From NCBI GenBank assembly GCA_963843795.1, contig CAWJLW010000006.1, forward strand, positions 2,170,001 to 2,234,000: DNA of 64,000 bases, in the 5' to 3' direction. The translations under genes and the position numbers were made by a program. A model generated the notes under the pieces. The model did not search any database. It saw only the letters and a list, made by a program, of their open reading frames with translations, and was not told where the DNA came from. Position 1 is the first letter of the stretch; every line of letters starts with the position of its first letter. Source of the DNA: an uncultured bacterium. Lineage in GTDB: Bacteria > Armatimonadota > Abditibacteriia > Abditibacteriales > Abditibacteriaceae. Below are positions 59,902 through 64,000 of this stretch, piece by piece.

Positions 59902-61692
59902 CTATTTCCCCAACACCGCGCGATAGTTGAAACGGTCGTTGGGCGCGACATCGCCGTTAAGAGTGAAGTCGCGGGCTGAACCATCGCCCACGATGCCATC
60001 GGCCCATTTGAAATCGATAGTTTGCGCATTTGCACCGAAAATCCAGCGTGGAATTGCGATTTCCATTTCGTTGCCGCGATAAGCGCTTTTCAATCTGCGG
60101 CCTTTGTTCCATTGATATTGATTCTTCAAATTGGCGGCGATTTCGGCAGTTTGGCCATCTGCGCTGTAGCTGACACGGAAATCGTAGCCCAGCCATCCGG
60201 TTTGCGGATTGTTGTCTGCATCAAGGAACAGACACATCCAGTTTTTATCCGGTGCGCTCAAAGCGTTTAGTGTTTGTACATAGAAATACGCACTGTGCGT
60301 GTCATAAGAAACTTTTGCGTTGAAAATATCGTTGCGGCCCGTAGAATTTTTGTAAACGATGTCGGCCCAACCGGGATGATCGCGCCGCGCAGGATCACCC
60401 AGAGTGTCGCGAAATTCGGGCGCGGCCCGCTGCCAGTCGGTGAAGTCGCCGTCGATGCGAATCGGTGTCGCAAGTACTTGCCCGGCTTCACGCGCGCCTT
60501 TGTATTGGCGGATAAACGTGTGCAGTTGATAGAGATAGTTATCTGCAATTTTTCCATTCACGGGCTCAATGTCACGACTAAATTCTTCGTTGAAGGCATC
60601 GACGAAAAACGTGGCGCCAGTTTTTTGTGGCAATCCGGCGAAAATTTCATCTTTTTTCGAGGTGAAGCGCTGAGCAATCCATTCGTTCCAACCGGTGACA
60701 AAAACCAAAGGCGGATCGACATCCAAAGCGTGCTGCATTTGCTCGGTGAAATACAAGCCCTGTCCGGCTGTGGGCGTCAGATGGAATTTATCGACTGGCG
60801 GTTCTTTGCCGTTTTGATAGGAACGCCCAATAGAAGTTGTGGCGTGCTGCGCCGTCGCCACGCTGATGGCTTCGGGTTTATCGGGCGCATCGTGCCATCC
60901 GAACTTTTGCGGCGAATGGTCGAGCCACGGCCACTTGTCTTTGCCATCGCCGAACCAACTGCCCGCCGACCATGCCCACGAACGGCGAATCGTAAAATAA
61001 TCTTGCGCTTCGGGCGGCAGCTTGCCCAAATCAACTTCTGGCTTTAGCAAAAATAGCGGCTTAATTTGGCCCCTATCGTCGGGCCATTGAAACCATAAAT
61101 CTTGGAATAGAGATTTCGAATAGAACTCTTTCCATAAAGTTTCCGCCGCGCCTTGATTGGGAAAGAACGCGATAGAAGGCGTTTTCACACCTTGCGCGCG
61201 CATCGCAGCAAATTCGCGGCAAATCGCGGTGTAAACCGTCGGATAGGTCAAGCCGTTGGTGTTATCGAAGAAAAGGACATCGACACCGGCATCGCTCAGC
61301 ATTTGCGCGTGCTTGCGAATGATATACGGATCGTCATTGCGATAATAGCCAAACCACGGCTCGCCCCACCAGTGAAAAGCGCCCTCGCCACCATATTTTG
61401 GAGCATCGGGATCGGCAGCAAGAATTTTCGTAATGTCGAAAATAGGACGACTTTTCTCGCCCTGCCAGAGAAAATAAAACATTCCGACTGTGCGATTGGG
61501 TTTGGGCGGCCCAACATAAGCGCCCGTTGGCACTGCACGTCCCAACGCATCGGTCGCCACCCACGTATCGGCCATCACGTCGCGCGTCGGCATTTGGTTT
61601 TGGGGATTGGCATTGGCATTTTGCAATGCCCAAAAAGGCAGACCAGCACCCAAAATCGTGGCTGTCAAGGTTTTGCGAAAAAAACTTTTCAT
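59902..61692 (-). CDS. Exported GH99/GH71-like TIM-barrel protein with C-terminal beta-sandwich
   Basis: VGMFYFLW, HWWGEPWFGYY, RKHAQMLSDAGVD, VTGWNEW, FSRDIEP, IRIDGDFTDW. Confidence 0.6.
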   Translation of the reverse strand: MKSFFRKTLTATILGAGLPFWALQNANANPQNQMPTRDVMADTWVATDALGRAVPTGAYVGPPKPNRTVGMFYFLWQGEKSRPIFDITKILAADPDAPKYGGEGAFHWWGEPWFGYYRNDDPYIIRKHAQMLSDAGVDVLFFDNTNGLTYPTVYTAICREFAAMRAQGVKTPSIAFFPNQGAAETLWKEFYSKSLFQDLWFQWPDDRGQIKPLFLLKPEVDLGKLPPEAQDYFTIRRSWAWSAGSWFGDGKDKWPWLDHSPQKFGWHDAPDKPEAISVATAQHATTSIGRSYQNGKEPPVDKFHLTPTAGQGLYFTEQMQHALDVDPPLVFVTGWNEWIAQRFTSKKDEIFAGLPQKTGATFFVDAFNEEFSRDIEPVNGKIADNYLYQLHTFIRQYKGAREAGQVLATPIRIDGDFTDWQRAAPEFRDTLGDPARRDHPGWADIVYKNSTGRNDIFNAKVSYDTHSAYFYVQTLNALSAPDKNWMCLFLDADNNPQTGWLGYDFRVSYSADGQTAEIAANLKNQYQWNKGRRLKSAYRGNEMEIAIPRWIFGANAQTIDFKWADGIVGDGSARDFTLNGDVAPNDRFNYRAVLGK

Positions 61693-61708
61693 AGCTATGT
61701 TTCGTGTC

Positions 61709-61734
61709 GCGCACCGCAAGTACTTGCGGTGCGC
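61709..61734. repeat. 26-bp perfect palindrome between tandem paralogues
   Basis: GCGCACCGCAAGTACTTGCGGTGCGC. Confidence 0.9.
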
Positions 61735-61745
61735 CAGCAACAGTT

Positions 61746-64000
61746 TCAATCGCGCCACAGATAACGATACGCGAAGCGCCCATTGGGCGCGCTATCGCCA
61801 TGAGCATAAACGTTCAATAAATCGCTGTGAATTGCTGTATTGTCCGTCCATTTGAAATTCAGTTCGTTTTTTAATGCTGGCAACAAAGCGCGCGCCAGTG
61901 AAATTTCAATTTCGCGCCCGCGCACTTGGTAGCGCGCCGTTCCGACGTTTTGCCAGCGCCCATCGCGCCATTGCTCAACGCTTGTCGTTTGGTCATTGCG
62001 TGGCACACGATTTATCACAATATCGAAACCGTGCCAGCCAGTCGCAAAATTGTTGTCGGTATTAATCCATAAATTCATCCAATCAACGTCTGTTTTAACG
62101 CGCTTTGTAATCGGGTTCACAGTGCGCCCATAGAAACTGAAACTTTTCGCATCGCGCGCGACTTTGCTGGCTTCAAAGTCGTTGCGTCCGGTCTTGTCGG
62201 TGTAGCGCGTCGTAACGTTCCAACTCGCGTGATTGCGCGCTTGCACATCGAAGCGGTCATCGCGAAATTCTGGCGCGACTGAACGCCAGTCATTGAAACT
62301 GCCGTCTATCTTGATTAAACGCGACGCGCTGACAACTTCGGGCGCACGCACGCCTTTGTAGCGACGCACATTGTCAATCAATTGCAAAGTGAACGTGTCT
62401 CCGTGACCGCCGCGCATTGGTTCGATATCGCGCGAAAATTCGCGATTGAACTGATCGACGAAGCTGACCGGCCCCGCGCCCGCAAACGGCGCGCTCTGGT
62501 CGAAACGACCGGCAATCCACTCGTTCCAGCCGGTTACGAAGACAAACGGCGGAGCAGTTTCCAAAGCACGCTGCCACTGTTCGTTAAAATTGCGCCCGCT
62601 GAAATCAGTTTGTTCGGGCGCAGGTTCCAATCCAGCGTGAAAGCTGCGACCATAAGCGCGCGGATTGCTTAAGACGCCCAGCTTGCCATCGACCGCATTT
62701 TGCGCCACCCCAACCGTCATTTGCTCAACCGCGCCTTTATCATCGCGAAAAATGTGCTGCGGAAAGGCTTCGAGCCAGCCCCATTGATTCGGGCCGGTCG
62801 GGCCTTCAAAATAACTTGGCTGCGGCTTGCGAAACGTGAAAAACTCGTCGATATCGCGCTTCAATTGCGCGGCTTTCTCCGCACTTTGCACGACAGAATT
62901 TTCTCCGGCCAGCGTGGTAAGCGTGGTTTCACCCACATAACGAATGGCGAAGGTGCGGTCGCCGGGCGCGGGCAAACCGTCGGCGTAAGCGCGCCCGCCC
63001 TCGTAAACATCGCCCGAAAGCGTCCACCAGCCAATAGCATTCTTCGGCACACTCTGCTCGAGATAATAATCGCCCGCAGGCAGCGCGCGTTCCAGTTCTA
63101 CGCCGCCAAAGGAATTATCTACCACGTTTTCCAACTGGCGCTGCGCCAGAACGCGCCCGTTTGGGCGATCATATAATTTGACCGTCGCTCCCGAATTTTT
63201 GCCACTCCAAGTCGGAAAAGTGCCGCCAACAAAAGTGAACGACTTCAGGGCGCGAAAACTTTGGCCCAGCGAAGCACCTTTTTCCAAACGCGCCGGTTCG
63301 CGCCCGCTTTGTTGCAACGCGTCTTGGCTAATCAATTTCGGATCGGCCATAATCAGCGGTTTTTTAACGCCGTTTTCGTCGGGCCATCGAAACCACAATT
63401 CGGGCGTAATGTTTTCGTGGTAGAAATCTTGATAAAGCGTTTTCACGACCGCAGTGGGCGACCAGAACGGCGTCAAGAACGCGATTTGCGGAGTTTGTCC
63501 ACCTTCGCGACGAATTTGTGACCAGACGCGGCTTAGGGCACGATACGAGCGTGGATAAGTTAACTGGTTAGTGACATCGAAAATCACTACATCAACGCCC
63601 GCATCGCTCAACATTTGTGCATGCTTGCGTAACACCCATTCGTCGTCGGAACGATAATAACCAAACAAGGGTTCGCCCCAATGGTGCGGCGCGCCAATCG
63701 GCCCCCACAACGGATTGTCGGGCTGATTAATGGCATTGGGTTCACGGGCGAGAATTTTCGATATATCGAACGGGCCTTGCGAGCCGTGTTCGCCCAACCA
63801 GAGAAAATAGAACATCCCTACCGTATGATTGGCTTTAGGCGCGCCGACTTGTTCGTGTGTGGGCACAATTCGCCCCAAATCGTCCATCGCCGCCCACGTA
63901 TCGGGACGCGTGTCCCACGACGCAACTGCTTGGGCGCGTGCAATTGACGAAAACAAAGCACACGACAAAGCGCATCCGCTTAAATATTGGAATAATCGAC
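61746..64000 (-). CDS. Paralogue of the preceding GH99/GH71-like protein with an inserted domain; start lies beyond the window edge
   Basis: Same motifs (VGMFYFLW, HHWGEPLFGYY, VTGWNEW, FSRDIEP); the frame is open from 63968 to the window end. Confidence 0.65.
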   Translation of the reverse strand, partial: RLFQYLSGCALSCALFSSIARAQAVASWDTRPDTWAAMDDLGRIVPTHEQVGAPKANHTVGMFYFLWLGEHGSQGPFDISKILAREPNAINQPDNPLWGPIGAPHHWGEPLFGYYRSDDEWVLRKHAQMLSDAGVDVVIFDVTNQLTYPRSYRALSRVWSQIRREGGQTPQIAFLTPFWSPTAVVKTLYQDFYHENITPELWFRWPDENGVKKPLIMADPKLISQDALQQSGREPARLEKGASLGQSFRALKSFTFVGGTFPTWSGKNSGATVKLYDRPNGRVLAQRQLENVVDNSFGGVELERALPAGDYYLEQSVPKNAIGWWTLSGDVYEGGRAYADGLPAPGDRTFAIRYVGETTLTTLAGENSVVQSAEKAAQLKRDIDEFFTFRKPQPSYFEGPTGPNQWGWLEAFPQHIFRDDKGAVEQMTVGVAQNAVDGKLGVLSNPRAYGRSFHAGLEPAPEQTDFSGRNFNEQWQRALETAPPFVFVTGWNEWIAGRFDQSAPFAGAGPVSFVDQFNREFSRDIEPMRGGHGDTFTLQLIDNVRRYKGVRAPEVVSASRLIKIDGSFNDWRSVAPEFRDDRFDVQARNHASWNVTTRYTDKTGRNDFEASKVARDAKSFSFYGRTVNPITKRVKTDVDWMNLWINTDNNFATGWHGFDIVINRVPRNDQTTSVEQWRDGRWQNVGTARYQVRGREIEISLARALLPALKNELNFKWTDNTAIHSDLLNVYAHGDSAPNGRFAYRYLWRD

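Larger units (their letters stand above)
746..61727. repeat. Dispersed 12-bp palindrome family GCAAGTACTTGC (often TGCAAGTACTTGCA; extended form CGCCCTGCAAGTACTTGCAGGGCG)
   Basis: Perfect copies start at 746, 815, 3219, 4712, 5871, 7579, 9892, 10385, 13359, 15588, 17458, 18480, 21614, 22897, 23578, 25451, 26544, 29106, 30364, 33522, 33563, 34748, 35260, 35285, 36846, 38967, 40284, 41918, 43588, 44814, 45588, 46670, 49246, 49296, 50389, 51549, 54527, 54703, 55793, 56942, 59269, 60470, 61716. One-mismatch copies include 8263, 19537, 32229, 39538, 55805, 57070. Confidence 0.97.

Noticed and set aside
746..61727. Palindrome family as a CRISPR array or IS/MITE ends
   Set aside because: Copies are dispersed at irregular, mostly kb-scale distances. 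There are no constant-length spacers, cas or transposase genes, or consistent target-site duplications.

Overview
Ordinary-looking bacterial chromosome segment (about 45 CDS, 2 tRNAs; no transposase, integrase, phage gene or CRISPR array seen). Gene content: partial polX; a 9-gene minus-strand copper cluster (Cys-rich leader, two uncharacterised Cys/His proteins, beta-barrel, YHS/cupredoxin protein, csoR, copA, cupredoxin, Csp-like protein); a split Opp/Dpp-type ABC transporter with GH76; a HipA-like kinase/DUF3037 pair; tRNA-Ala; a presenilin/SPP-like protease; a nurA-herA-sbcD-sbcC operon; GH13, GH5 and GH39-like enzymes; initiator tRNA-Met; a sugar/inositol oxidoreductase cluster; and two tandem GH99-like paralogues. 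The dominant unexplained signal is the 12-bp palindrome GCAAGTACTTGC. I counted 43 perfect copies by eye (about 0.004 expected under uniform composition). Of these, 28 are intergenic, often at the centre of loop-less 24-38 bp palindromes, and 15 lie inside genes in all three reading frames. Tandem and centre-split variants also occur. This resembles a HIP1/uptake-sequence-like system whose motif I do not recognise. Other highlights: an RSPP-ending leader behind a second CsoR-type operator, a PolX with a degenerate catalytic motif, and a frameshift in the GH13 gene. Counts, starts and family calls were made by eye, without database searches.
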